The notes under the pieces were generated by a model. It was not told where the DNA came from. It saw only the letters and a program-made list of their open reading frames with translations, and ran no database searches. Shown in pieces: positions 54,141 through 63,413 of a DNA stretch of 64,000 bases (positions are counted from its first letter, which is position 1; each line of letters opens with the position of its first letter). Made by a program: the position numbers and the translations under genes. The DNA comes from Gemmatimonadota bacterium (GTDB lineage Bacteria; Gemmatimonadota; Gemmatimonadetes; JACCXV01; JAHWKZ01). The stretch is taken from the NCBI GenBank assembly GCA_036556305.1, contig DATBJO010000026.1, positions 23,427-87,426 on the forward strand, read 5' to 3'.

Positions 54141-54881
54141 GTGCTGGTCGACTACCTCGACACCTACCTCGACGTCGCCGGCTGGAACGACAAGTCCCTG
54201 AACGGGCTCCAGGTGGAGGGCGCGGACCGCGTGCGGCGCGTCGCGCTCGCCACCGACACCGCGCTCGCGACGATCGCGATGGCGGCCGAGGCGGGGGCCG
54301 AGATGCTGATCGCCCATCACGGTCTGTTCTGGGGACGCGTCGAGCCCGTGACGGGGCCGCTCAGGGACCGGCTCGGCGCGCTGTTCGACGCCGGGATGAG
54401 CCTGTACGTCTCGCATCTCCCGCTCGACGCGCACGCCGAAGTCGGGAACAACGCGGTCCTGGCGCGCCTCCTCGGGCTCGGGGAGCGCCGGCCGTTCGGC
54501 CGCTGGGGCGATCGCTCGATCGGGGTGCTGGGACGCCTCCCCGAAGCGACCGGCCGGGCGGCCCTGGCCGCGCGGCTCGAGGCCCTCCTCGGCGCGCGCC
54601 CGGACGTGCTTCCGTTCGGGCCGGACGCGATCCGGACCCTCGCCGTCGTGTCTGGTGCGGCGGCCGACCTCGTGCCCGAGGCCGCGCTGGCCGGCGCCGA
54701 CGCGTTCGTCACCGGCGAGACGAGCCACACCGCGGTCCACCAGGCGCGGGAGTGGCGCGTGAACGTCGTCTTCGCCGGTCACTACGCGACCGAGACCCTC
54801 GGCGTGCGGGCTCTGGGCGACCATCTGTCCGAGAGATTCGGGCTGGAGACCGTGTTCCTCGACGCGCCCACGGGGTACTAG
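54141..54881 (+). CDS. Nif3-like dinuclear metal centre protein (GTP cyclohydrolase 1 type 2 family)
   Basis: VAGWNDKSLNGLQVEG......MLIAHHGLFW....GMSLYVSHLPLDAH...GNN are NIF3 hallmarks. The start is probably GTG. Confidence 0.8.
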   Translation: MLVDYLDTYLDVAGWNDKSLNGLQVEGADRVRRVALATDTALATIAMAAEAGAEMLIAHHGLFWGRVEPVTGPLRDRLGALFDAGMSLYVSHLPLDAHAEVGNNAVLARLLGLGERRPFGRWGDRSIGVLGRLPEATGRAALAARLEALLGARPDVLPFGPDAIRTLAVVSGAAADLVPEAALAGADAFVTGETSHTAVHQAREWRVNVVFAGHYATETLGVRALGDHLSERFGLETVFLDAPTGY

Positions 54882-54943
54882 GCAGGCCGCCGGAGACGGC
54901 CCGTCCGCCGGGGGCGGCGACGTGCCTCTCTTTCGAACGCGGG

Positions 54944-56050
54944 CTACTCCACCGCGTGCAGCGTCTCGGGCAGGAAATAGAACATGACCGCCAGGATCAG
55001 GTAGACCGCCAGGAGCTGCACCCCCTCCAGCCAGTTCGACTCGCCGTCCTCGGCGACCTGCCCCACGATGACGACCGACACGACGACCGCCACGACCTCG
55101 GCGGGCGTGAACACGAGATCCATCGGAGCGGGCCCGACGACGTAGCTGAGGAGCACGAGGACGGGAGCCGCGAAGAGCGCGATCTGAGTCGCGCTCCCGA
55201 TCGCGATCCCCATCGCCAGCTCCATGCGGTCCTCGAGGGCCATCAGGATCGCGGTCGAGTGTTCTGCGGCGTTGCCGACGATCGCGACCACGATGACGCC
55301 GACGAAGACCTCGGTCATGCCGAGCGTCGCCGCGGTCGTCTCGACGGAAGCGACGAGGATCTCGGCGAGGACGCTGACGCCGGCGGTCGCCCCGACGAGG
55401 ATGAGGAGCGCGCGCCTGAGGCTCCACGGCTCGTGCTCCTCTTCTTCCACGCGGACGGCTTCCGCGGCCTCCCAGGTGAAATACCGCTGGTGCGTGTGGA
55501 GCGAGAAGAGGAGCGCGAGCGCGTACACCACGAGGAGCAGGACGCTGATCTCCATCGACAGGGCCCCTTCCCGCGCCGGCCCCGCGGGTCCCGCCAGCTG
55601 GTGGAAGACGGCGGGGACGAGGAGCGCGATGGCCGCCAGCGTGAGCTGCGTCGCGCGCGTGCGGCCTCCGGCGGGATTGAACTCCTGCCGCTTGAACTTC
55701 AGTCCGCCGCACAGCATCGACGCGCCGAGGACGAGGAGCGAGTTGCCGATGATCGAGCCGGTCAGCGAAGCCTTCACGATCTCGGTCAGCCCTTCGCGAA
55801 GGGCCATGATGGCGATGATGATCTCCGCCATGTTTCCGAAGGTCGCGTTGAGGAGCCCGCCGATCCCCTCGCCGGTGCGCGCCGCGAGATGCTCGGTCGC
55901 CTTCCCCATCCATCCCGCGAGCGGGATGATCGCGACGCCCGCGAGAAAGAAGAGCCAGACATGCGCGTCGGGCGCGACGAACCGCAGGACGATCGCGACC
56001 GGCGTCAGCGGCAGCAGCCAGTTGAGCGAAGGCTTGAGGGCGGCGGGCAT
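54944..56050 (-). CDS. Ca2+/H+ antiporter (CaCA/CAX family)
   Basis: Two alpha-repeat signature regions (GNMAEIIIAIMAL ; GNAAEHSTAILMAL) and 10-11 TM helices. Confidence 0.85.
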   Translation of the reverse strand: MPAALKPSLNWLLPLTPVAIVLRFVAPDAHVWLFFLAGVAIIPLAGWMGKATEHLAARTGEGIGGLLNATFGNMAEIIIAIMALREGLTEIVKASLTGSIIGNSLLVLGASMLCGGLKFKRQEFNPAGGRTRATQLTLAAIALLVPAVFHQLAGPAGPAREGALSMEISVLLLVVYALALLFSLHTHQRYFTWEAAEAVRVEEEEHEPWSLRRALLILVGATAGVSVLAEILVASVETTAATLGMTEVFVGVIVVAIVGNAAEHSTAILMALEDRMELAMGIAIGSATQIALFAAPVLVLLSYVVGPAPMDLVFTPAEVVAVVVSVVIVGQVAEDGESNWLEGVQLLAVYLILAVMFYFLPETLHAVE

Positions 56051-56143
56051 GGACACTAAGCAAGCATCCCGGGACCCGGGGCACAAGCGGAAAGCGCGAG
56101 CATTTGACGCCCGCATCCGAGAGGAGCAGTTTCTGCGGAGGAT

Positions 56144-56180
56144 GCGCCGACGGGGCTCCCCCGACGGCGCTTTTCTTTTT
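56144..56180 (+). promoter_or_regulatory. Terminator-like hairpin (GCGCCGACGGGG-ctc-CCCCGACGGCGC, one mismatch) followed by TTTTCTTTTT, inside the purA 5' leader. Possible attenuator.
   Basis: Seen directly in the sequence, 14 nt upstream of the purA ATG. Confidence 0.3.
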
Positions 56181-56193
56181 GCGAGGTATTCGG

Positions 56194-57501
56194 ATGACTC
56201 GATCGCGCGGCACCTGTCAGGTAGTCGTGGGCGCCCAGTGGGGCGACGAAGGCAAGGGGAAGATCGTGGACGTTCTGGCCGAGCGGGCGGACGTGGTGGC
56301 CCGTTACCAGGGCGGCGCCAACGCCGGCCACACGGTCGTCGCGGAGGGTGAGGAGTTCATCCTCCATCAGGTGCCGAGCGGAGTGCTGCACCCCGACAAG
56401 GAATGCCTGCTCGGAAACGGGGTCGTGCTCGACGCCGCCGAATTCTTCCGCGAGATCGACCTCCTGGCGGAGCGCGGCATCGACGCGGAGTCGCGCGTCT
56501 GGGTCTCGAGTCGCGCGCACCTGCTCCTGCCCTGGCACAAGGCGCTCGACGCGGCGAAGGAAGGAAGCCGCGGAGAGAAGGCGATCGGAACGACCGGGCG
56601 CGGCATCGGTCCGGCGTACGAGGACAAGGTGGGCCGGACGGGGATCCGAGTCGCGGATTGCGCCGATCCGCAACGGCTTCGCTCGCTGATCGACGAAGGC
56701 GCGGAGCTCAAGCGCGCCGCCCTCTCGCTCCTCGGCTCGGATGCCGCGATCGAGGTCGACGAGGTGCTGGACGGGATCGAGGCGTGGCGCAAGCGTCTGC
56801 TCGCCCGGGCCACCGACGTCTCGCAGCGGGTCGCCGCTCATCTCGCGGCCGGTCGTCAGGTCCTGCTCGAGGGCGCCCAGGGCTCGCAGCTCGACATCGA
56901 TCACGGAACCTATCCGTACGTGACGTCCTCCAGCACGACGGCGGGCGGCGCCGTGATCGGCGTGGGTCTCGGTCCGAAGTACATCGACGACGTCATCGGC
57001 GTCGTGAAGGCGTACTCGACACGCGTCGGAAACGGGCCGCTGCCGACCGAGGTCGAGAGCCCGCTCCAGGAGCGGTTGCGCGAAGCGGGGGGCGAGTACG
57101 GAGCGACGACCGGAAGGCCACGGAGGTGCGGCTGGTTCGACGCCGTTGTCGTCCGCTACGCGGCGCGCATCAACAGCCTGACCGAGCTCGCGGTGACCAA
57201 GCTCGACGTTCTCGACGGGTTCGAGACCGTGCGGCTGTGTAAGGGGTATCGCCCCGCGAACGGCGACGGGTCGGGAGAGCTGGACGAGTTTCCGGCCAAT
57301 CTCGCCCTGCTCGAACGCTGCGTTCCGGTCTACGAGGAGCACGTGGGCTGGGAGTCCTCGATCGCCGCGATCCGATCGTGGGCCGATCTGCCGATCGAGG
57401 CCCGGCGTTATCTCGAGCGGATCGAGGAGCTCGTGGGGGTTCCGATCCGGCGCGTGTCGGTGGGCCAGGACCGCGACCAGATCCTCGAGCGCGTTTGCTG
57501 A
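56194..57501 (+). CDS. purA: Adenylosuccinate synthetase
   Basis: VVVGAQWGDEGKGKIVD (P-loop), GTTGRGIGPAYEDK, GAQGSQLDIDHGTYPYVTSS. Confidence 0.9.
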   Translation: MTRSRGTCQVVVGAQWGDEGKGKIVDVLAERADVVARYQGGANAGHTVVAEGEEFILHQVPSGVLHPDKECLLGNGVVLDAAEFFREIDLLAERGIDAESRVWVSSRAHLLLPWHKALDAAKEGSRGEKAIGTTGRGIGPAYEDKVGRTGIRVADCADPQRLRSLIDEGAELKRAALSLLGSDAAIEVDEVLDGIEAWRKRLLARATDVSQRVAAHLAAGRQVLLEGAQGSQLDIDHGTYPYVTSSSTTAGGAVIGVGLGPKYIDDVIGVVKAYSTRVGNGPLPTEVESPLQERLREAGGEYGATTGRPRRCGWFDAVVVRYAARINSLTELAVTKLDVLDGFETVRLCKGYRPANGDGSGELDEFPANLALLERCVPVYEEHVGWESSIAAIRSWADLPIEARRYLERIEELVGVPIRRVSVGQDRDQILERVC

Positions 57502-57527
57502 TCTTGATCGATGGGAGCCGCCGCGGT

Positions 57528-57557
57528 TTGACAGCCTGACCGATTCCGTGGTACAAA
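57528..57557 (+). promoter_or_regulatory. Sigma70-like promoter TTGACA-N18-TGgTACAAA (extended -10) upstream of the 57574 gene
   Basis: Seen directly in the sequence. The spacer length is 18 nt. Confidence 0.3.
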
Positions 57558-57573
57558 GAATCTCAGACCCTTC

Positions 57574-59118
57574 GTGCGCCCTGAGCCCTTCCTCTTCTTT
57601 CTCGCCGCGACGACCCTGGCCTGCGTCGTGTACCGTCCGATCGCCGTCGAGCCGATCACGCGGCCGGCGGCGGGCGAAGCGGCGGTGCCGGTGGAGTCGG
57701 CGGCCAAGGCGCATCTCCTCGATGGCTCGGTGATCGTCTACGAAAAGGGCGTTCGCGTCGGAACGGATTCGCTCACGGGACCGGGCCTACGCTTCACCCC
57801 GGCGCTCCGGTATGTCGGGCCGGTCGAGCGCGTCCCGCTCGATTCGGTGGCGGCCATGGAGAGCTTCACGAGCGGTCTCAAGGGTCTCGAGACCGCGGTC
57901 TATTCCACGGCCGCGACGGCTCTGGGAGTCGCCGCCGGCTTCGCGGTCCTCAAGGCGCTGTTCGGATCGTGCCCGACCTTCTATGCGGACGAAGGCGGCC
58001 GCCCCGTGCTCCAGGCGGAGGCGTTCTCGTACAGCATCGCGCCTCTGTTCGAATCCCGTGACGTGGATCGTCTGACTGCGCTTCCGGACTCGACCGGGCG
58101 CCTGGTCCTCGAGATGCGGAACGAGGCGTTGGAGACGCATTACGTGAACCACGTCGAGGTGCTGGAGGTCCTCCACGCGGCGGACGAGACGGTCCTGCCC
58201 GACGCGGACGACCGGCCGCTCGCGTTCGGAGGCCGGATTCCGATCGAATCCGCGCGCGACCGCAGCGGGCGCGACGTGCTGACGACACTCGCGACGCCGG
58301 ACGATCGCGCGTACTCCACCGCCCCGGAGGTGCTGAGCGGAGCCACCGCGGCGGATCCCGCGGACTGGATCGAGCTCTCGGCACGGACCCCCGCCGGCGT
58401 CGACAGCGTGGCCGTCATTCTGAGGCTGCGGAACAGCCTCCTCAACACCGTGCTCCTCTACGACGTCATGCTGGGTTCCCAGGGAGCGCGGGCCCTGGAC
58501 TGGATCGGACGAGACCTCGAGAGGGTGGGAGAGGCGGCCAGGCTCGGCCGCTGGTACTACGAGCGCATGGGACTCAGGATCGAGGTGCGTCGCGCCGATG
58601 GATGGACCGAAGTCGCGCGCGTGGCCGACGCGGGCCCGATCGCCTGGAAGGAGCTCGCCGTCGTCGTTCCCGCCCCCCCGGACGGTCGGCTCCGGCTCTC
58701 GTTCCTCGCGGACCAGTGGAGAATCGATCGCGTGGAGATCGGGGTCGCCATGCGGCGGCCCGAAGCGCGGACCGTGCCGCTGCACTCCGTCGAGCCGGAG
58801 TCCGGTGCGGCGGACTCCAGGGCCCTGCGCCATCTCGCGCGTCCGGACGGCGAGTATCTGATGGTCCGGCCCGGACAGAGCCACGCCCTGACCTTCGACG
58901 TCGGACCCCGGCCTGCCGGGCGCGAGCGCACGCTGCTGCTGGCGGCTCAGGGGTACTACGTGGAGTGGATCCGCGGCGAGTGGATTCGACGTGCGGCATC
59001 GGGCGGTCCTCCGTTCGAGCCGTCGGACGACGCGCTGGAGCGGACGCTCGACCGCTGGGCGGAGCGGAAGGACTCCTTCGAGCGGGAGTTCTGGGCCGCG
59101 CGCATACCCGTCCGATGA
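57574..59118 (+). CDS. Hypothetical protein (514 aa, N-terminal lipobox-like LAATTLAC). GTG start.
   Basis: No family was recognised. Translationally coupled (ATGA) to the next gene. Confidence 0.5.
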   Translation: MRPEPFLFFLAATTLACVVYRPIAVEPITRPAAGEAAVPVESAAKAHLLDGSVIVYEKGVRVGTDSLTGPGLRFTPALRYVGPVERVPLDSVAAMESFTSGLKGLETAVYSTAATALGVAAGFAVLKALFGSCPTFYADEGGRPVLQAEAFSYSIAPLFESRDVDRLTALPDSTGRLVLEMRNEALETHYVNHVEVLEVLHAADETVLPDADDRPLAFGGRIPIESARDRSGRDVLTTLATPDDRAYSTAPEVLSGATAADPADWIELSARTPAGVDSVAVILRLRNSLLNTVLLYDVMLGSQGARALDWIGRDLERVGEAARLGRWYYERMGLRIEVRRADGWTEVARVADAGPIAWKELAVVVPAPPDGRLRLSFLADQWRIDRVEIGVAMRRPEARTVPLHSVEPESGAADSRALRHLARPDGEYLMVRPGQSHALTFDVGPRPAGRERTLLLAAQGYYVEWIRGEWIRRAASGGPPFEPSDDALERTLDRWAERKDSFEREFWAARIPVR

Positions 59119-60002
59119 ATCCCCGACTCTGCTCCGCCTCCCTCATGCTCGGCCTCCTGTGGCTCGCGTCGTCGGCCTGCACGCTGGGACCCGGGCGATA
59201 CCGGCAGGAGGGTCGACCGGGCGGCGCTTTCGTGGAGATCGAGTTGCCGGAGGAGTCGCTGCACGCGGAGCTGCTCGCGGTGGACGAGCAGGGACTGGAC
59301 GTCTGGGCGGGCGTGGGGATTCGGCGCCTCAGCTGGCGGGAGATCGACGAGTTCGAGGTCGAGCAGTTCGAGGATCTGAAGCTGGAGGATGGGAGGCCCC
59401 CTCGACGCGAGCAGATCGATCGCCTCCGGTTGCTGTGCCGCTTCCCGCAGGGCATGACCCCGGATATCCGCGCGGCCCTCGGGGACGGGAGGGAGACGTC
59501 CGCTCGTGATCCCGCGGAGTTCCTGGCGCGCGCGCGGGCGGCCGCCGCGCGGTACGCCGACCCCGAACGGGCGACGGCCGAGGGCTTCACGCGCGTGGGG
59601 CCCGAGACCGCCGAGATGGGGGAGCACTGGGTCCGCTGGAGGACGATCGCTCGCGGCATCTTCGATCCCGATCAGCCGTCGATCCTGGTCTACGCGACGC
59701 GCGGGGGAAGGCGAGAGCTCGCGGGGGTCGCCTACGCGCTCGTCGTGGAACCCGGAGAAAGCCCGCCGGCCCCGCCGCCGGGAGCCCGCTGGCACGCTCA
59801 CGCCGGCACGGTGGCGGAGGAGCTCGTGTCGAGCCATTCCGCGGCCGTCCCGAGCCGCGCGACCCCCGGCGCACGGGTCGTGGTGATCCACGCATGGACC
59901 CACGTCCGCAACCCCGAAGGTCCCTTCGAGCCCGCCAATGCGGCGCTCCCAGCCTGGCGCGAGGACGCGGCGCGCGACTCCCCGTCCGACGCGTTACGGT
60001 GA
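59115..60002 (+). CDS. Hypothetical lipoprotein (295 aa)
   Basis: MNPRLCSASLMLGLLWLASSACTLG has a lipobox. No family was recognised. Confidence 0.5.
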   Translation: MNPRLCSASLMLGLLWLASSACTLGPGRYRQEGRPGGAFVEIELPEESLHAELLAVDEQGLDVWAGVGIRRLSWREIDEFEVEQFEDLKLEDGRPPRREQIDRLRLLCRFPQGMTPDIRAALGDGRETSARDPAEFLARARAAAARYADPERATAEGFTRVGPETAEMGEHWVRWRTIARGIFDPDQPSILVYATRGGRRELAGVAYALVVEPGESPPAPPPGARWHAHAGTVAEELVSSHSAAVPSRATPGARVVVIHAWTHVRNPEGPFEPANAALPAWREDAARDSPSDALR

Positions 60003-60809
60003 CATCGCGAGCGAAGCGCGGGCCCGATCGTTCAGGCTCCAATCGTATGGAAGGCTCCCGAGGTCGTGATCCCGCAGGCCCGCGACTCCGGCGGCGACGC
60101 TCGCGGGCGCGTGGGCCCGGATGAAGGCGACGACGCCGACCGCCCCGAAGTCCTCGTGGAACGCGTGGAACAGCTGCGAGACCTGGGCGCCGCTCCGGGT
60201 GAGACGCACGCCGCGGTTCTCGTCCGCCAGGAAGGTGCGGGTCGCTCCCTCGAGCTGCGCGTCGAGTCGCGCGCCGTCGTAGGCGCGCAGGTCGGGACAC
60301 GAGACCGCCGCCGCCACCAGCGCGAAGTGGATCCGAGGATCGCGGAACTGGCGCCTGAGGATCACGTGCTCGATCTCGCCGAGGCTCACGAGCCTCCCGC
60401 CGGCCGTTCCGGCCGCCGATTCGAAGACGTCCTCGTCGCCGGTCTCGAGATCGCGGATGCTCCCGACGGGGTAGCCGTCGACCACGAGGCGGATCGCGAG
60501 CAGGTTGTAGGCGTTGATCCAGAACGCCATCCGGTCGTCGCGCGACATCTCGCCGGGCCGCGCTTCGGCGAGCTCCGCGAGCGCCAGGCCGAAGTCCGGG
60601 TCCCGGGAGATCGCCTCGTAATCGACCACACGCAGCCGCACACCCTCGATCGTGCCCTCGCGCACGTGGCGCGCGACGAGCCGGGCGTAGGCCGGCGTCC
60701 GGGAGGTCTCCATCGGGCCCGAGATCGTGCGGTCGAGCGGCCCGGGCCCCGGCGGGAGCCCGGGCGGCGCGAACAGCGCGCCGATCGCGATCGGGACGGC
60801 CGCCACCAT
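59994..60809 (-). CDS. DUF547 domain protein
   Basis: MAFWINAYNLLAI and later ..HFALVAAAVSCPDLR are DUF547 hallmarks. Confidence 0.7.
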   Translation of the reverse strand: MVAAVPIAIGALFAPPGLPPGPGPLDRTISGPMETSRTPAYARLVARHVREGTIEGVRLRVVDYEAISRDPDFGLALAELAEARPGEMSRDDRMAFWINAYNLLAIRLVVDGYPVGSIRDLETGDEDVFESAAGTAGGRLVSLGEIEHVILRRQFRDPRIHFALVAAAVSCPDLRAYDGARLDAQLEGATRTFLADENRGVRLTRSGAQVSQLFHAFHEDFGAVGVVAFIRAHAPASVAAGVAGLRDHDLGSLPYDWSLNDRARASLAMSP

Positions 60810-60826
60810 GATCAGGCCGCGCGGCG

Positions 60827-61321
60827 TCACGGAGCCTCCGCCGGCGGCAGGGCCCACAGGACGTTGACGATCACCCAGCGGCCCTCGACGCGCGCGAGGT
60901 GCAGGTAGTCGATCCAGGCGCCGGCGTCGATCCTCGCGCTCGCAACGTCGTGGTACACGTCGAGGATCGTCACGTCGGTCTTCTGCTGCGCGGGCGGGAT
61001 CTCGCGGCCATGGCCCGCGCGGGTCCCTGCGATGAGCTGCGAGGCCCCCATCGTAGAGAGCCAGGTGGCGCCGGTGGAATCCGAGCGCACGATCCGCTTC
61101 GCGAGCTCGGGGTGCAGGGCGCGCTCCATGCGCGCCGCGTCGCCCTGGTAATAGCCCTCGATGTAGTCCAGCGCGGCCTGACGGATGGCTTCCGAATCGG
61201 CCGCCGCCGTCTGTGCGGCCGCCCGACCGGGTGCGAGGGCGAGCAGCCCGAGCAGGGCGAGCCTGGCGATGCGATGCAAGGGGGACGTCCTTTCGCTGAG
61301 GCGATATCCGACGCCGAGCAC
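60827..61321 (-). CDS. Secreted NTF2-like (SnoaL/DUF4440-like) protein
   Basis: Signal peptide ..RIARLALLGLLALAPGRAAAQ. IRQAALDYIEGYYQGDAARMERALHPELAKR...VEGRWVIVNVLW is an NTF2-like pattern. Confidence 0.55.
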   Translation of the reverse strand: MLGVGYRLSERTSPLHRIARLALLGLLALAPGRAAAQTAAADSEAIRQAALDYIEGYYQGDAARMERALHPELAKRIVRSDSTGATWLSTMGASQLIAGTRAGHGREIPPAQQKTDVTILDVYHDVASARIDAGAWIDYLHLARVEGRWVIVNVLWALPPAEAP

Positions 61322-61421
61322 GAGTCGGGGGAGCTTATCGGGGACGGGGGACGCGTCAACGAGCGAGGGACGGATGCGATCGGAACGGGGACGATTCGCT
61401 GCCGTTCAGGGGAGCACGCGA

Positions 61422-62201
61422 TTACAGCCCGGCCTTCAACCGCTCGCGCAGCCGACGGCCGTGTTCGCCGGTCGTCGGGATCTGAGTTCCGTCGCGCATC
61501 ACGACGACCAGCTCGCCGCGGGTCCAGGGGTAGACCGCGCGCACGCGATCGAGATTCACGATCGTCGAGCGGCTGATGCGCAGGAAGCTCCCGGGATCCA
61601 GGCGTTCGGCGGATCCCTTGATGGTTCCCCGCAGCAGGTGCGTCTCGGGCCCGACGTGGATCCGGAGGTAGTTCCCCTCGCTTTCGATCCAGTCGATCTC
61701 GTCGACGCGGATGAACGACACCCGACCGCCATCCCTCACGACGAGGCGTTCGGGACGCCGCCCGGCACCATGCAGCTCGCGGACGAGCGCCGCGAGCTCG
61801 TTCAACCCCGTCGGGCCGGTCGCGCGGCGCCGCCGGATCTCCTCGCGCGCGCGGGCCGCGGCGGCCTTGAATCGCTGCCGGGAGAACGGCTTGAGCAGGT
61901 AGTCCAGAGCGTGCACCTCGAAGGCCTTCAGCGCGTAGTCGTCATGGGCGGTCACGAACACGACGACCGGCATCCGCTCGACGCCGACCGCTTCGAGGAC
62001 GTCGAATCCGTCGGCTTCCGGCATCTGCACGTCCAGAAAGACGAGATCCGGGGCCAGCGCCTCGATCTGCGTCGCGGCGGCGCTCCCGTCGCCGCACTCC
62101 CCGACGACCTCGATGTCCGTTTCCTCGCGGAGCAGGGACCGAAGCCGCCGGCGCGCCAGCGGCTCGTCGTCGACGACCAGGGCGCGAATCGGGAGCGTCA
62201 A
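61422..62201 (-). CDS. LytTR-family two-component response regulator (REC + LytTR). Probably a TTG start overlapping the kinase stop codon.
   Basis: IRALVVDDEPLARRRL...VVGECGDG.....LAPDLVFLDVQMP (REC domain). C-terminal LytTR domain (ERLVVRDGGRVSFIRVDEIDWIESEGNYLRIH). Confidence 0.85.
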   Translation of the reverse strand: MTLPIRALVVDDEPLARRRLRSLLREETDIEVVGECGDGSAAATQIEALAPDLVFLDVQMPEADGFDVLEAVGVERMPVVVFVTAHDDYALKAFEVHALDYLLKPFSRQRFKAAAARAREEIRRRRATGPTGLNELAALVRELHGAGRRPERLVVRDGGRVSFIRVDEIDWIESEGNYLRIHVGPETHLLRGTIKGSAERLDPGSFLRISRSTIVNLDRVRAVYPWTRGELVVVMRDGTQIPTTGEHGRRLRERLKAGL

Positions 62202-63322
62202 GCGGCCGTTGCCGCTTCGCGGAGCCGCCACGGGAACGTGACGGTCACGAGCACGCCTCCCTCGGGGTGGTCGCCGATCTCGAGCGCCTGGCGCTCTCCG
62301 TAGAGATGCTCCAGACGGGCGCGCGTGTTGGAGATCCCCAGCCCCGCGCCCGGTGACGGCCCGTGGCGCAGCCCGGGACCGTCGTCCCGGACGCTCAGCC
62401 GCAGGGCCTCGCCGTGTCGCGTCGCCGAGATCCTCACGTGACCGCCGGCCGAACGCGGCTCGACCGCGTGCCGGATCGCGTTCTCCACCAGCGGCTGCAG
62501 GACCAGGTTCGGCACCATCGCGTCGAGCGCGTCCGGAGCCACGTCGAGGGAGACGTGCAGCCGATCCTGGAAGCGCACCTGCTGGATCTCGAGGTAGCGC
62601 TGGAGGAAGTCGAGCTCCTGGACCAGCGCCACCTCCTGGGCGCCGGCGTGCTCGATGACGAGGCGCAGGAAGTCGCTCAGCCTGGCGATCATGAGGTCCG
62701 CGGCCTCGTCGTCTTCGTGGATCAACGCCGAGACGGAATGGAGCGTATTGAAGAGGAAGTGCGGCTGCAGCTGCATCTTCAGCGAGTCGAGCTGCGCTCG
62801 CGCCAGCCGCGCCTCGAGCTCGGATGCCTGGAGCGCGAGCCGACCCGCCTCGCGCTCCCGCTCGCGGAGCCTGCGCCGCGACTCGCGCCATTGAACGAGA
62901 ACGAGAAGGATCCAGTAGATCGCGATGTCGAGGTGGATCTCGCCGAGCAGGAGCGGGAGGAACCCCACCGGCTGGAGCCAGGGCAGCCACGTTCCGAGCC
63001 ACCAGCAGATCGTGATCTTGGTGAGCGCGAACACGATCGAGGCCGGAACGTGTACCAGAGCGGCGCGCGCTCGGGATCCGGTCCGGAAGAGGACCTTCCG
63101 GGCGAGCAGCACGACGGGCGCGGCCACCAGGGCCCGCACGTACCAGTCGGTGAGGGCGACCGCGAGGAGGTGCCCCGCCGGTTCCGGTGCGGCGTCGTAG
63201 AGGTTGTAGAGCAGCCACTGGCTGGCGACGAACAGCGCGATCGCCGTCCAGGCGGCGACGTAGAGGCCGACCGCCCGAAGGCGACGCGGCCGGAGGGTGG
63301 CGGGGTCGTTCACGATGCCCAT
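62198..63322 (-). CDS. LytS-type sensor histidine kinase (5TM-like N-terminus, His_kinase, HATPase_c)
   Basis: LQPHFLFNTLHSVSALI (His_kinase domain H-box), NAIRHA, DDGPG, GAGLGISNTRARLEHLYG. Confidence 0.8.
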   Translation of the reverse strand: MGIVNDPATLRPRRLRAVGLYVAAWTAIALFVASQWLLYNLYDAAPEPAGHLLAVALTDWYVRALVAAPVVLLARKVLFRTGSRARAALVHVPASIVFALTKITICWWLGTWLPWLQPVGFLPLLLGEIHLDIAIYWILLVLVQWRESRRRLREREREAGRLALQASELEARLARAQLDSLKMQLQPHFLFNTLHSVSALIHEDDEAADLMIARLSDFLRLVIEHAGAQEVALVQELDFLQRYLEIQQVRFQDRLHVSLDVAPDALDAMVPNLVLQPLVENAIRHAVEPRSAGGHVRISATRHGEALRLSVRDDGPGLRHGPSPGAGLGISNTRARLEHLYGERQALEIGDHPEGGVLVTVTFPWRLREAATAA

Positions 63323-63413
63323 GGTCCTTCGCAGCGCCTGGACAAACAAGCGTCGCCGGCGACGGACGGCAACGCGGGAGGGACGGACCCCGGCATTCGA
63401 GGGACGAAACCGT

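Noticed and set aside
56104-56193. The track starts purA at 56104 (MTPASERSSFCGG...)
   Set aside because: The PurA P-loop region (VVVGAQWGDEGKGK) lies right after the Met at 56194. The upstream 30 codons overlap the hairpin and U-tract leader and have no homology support.
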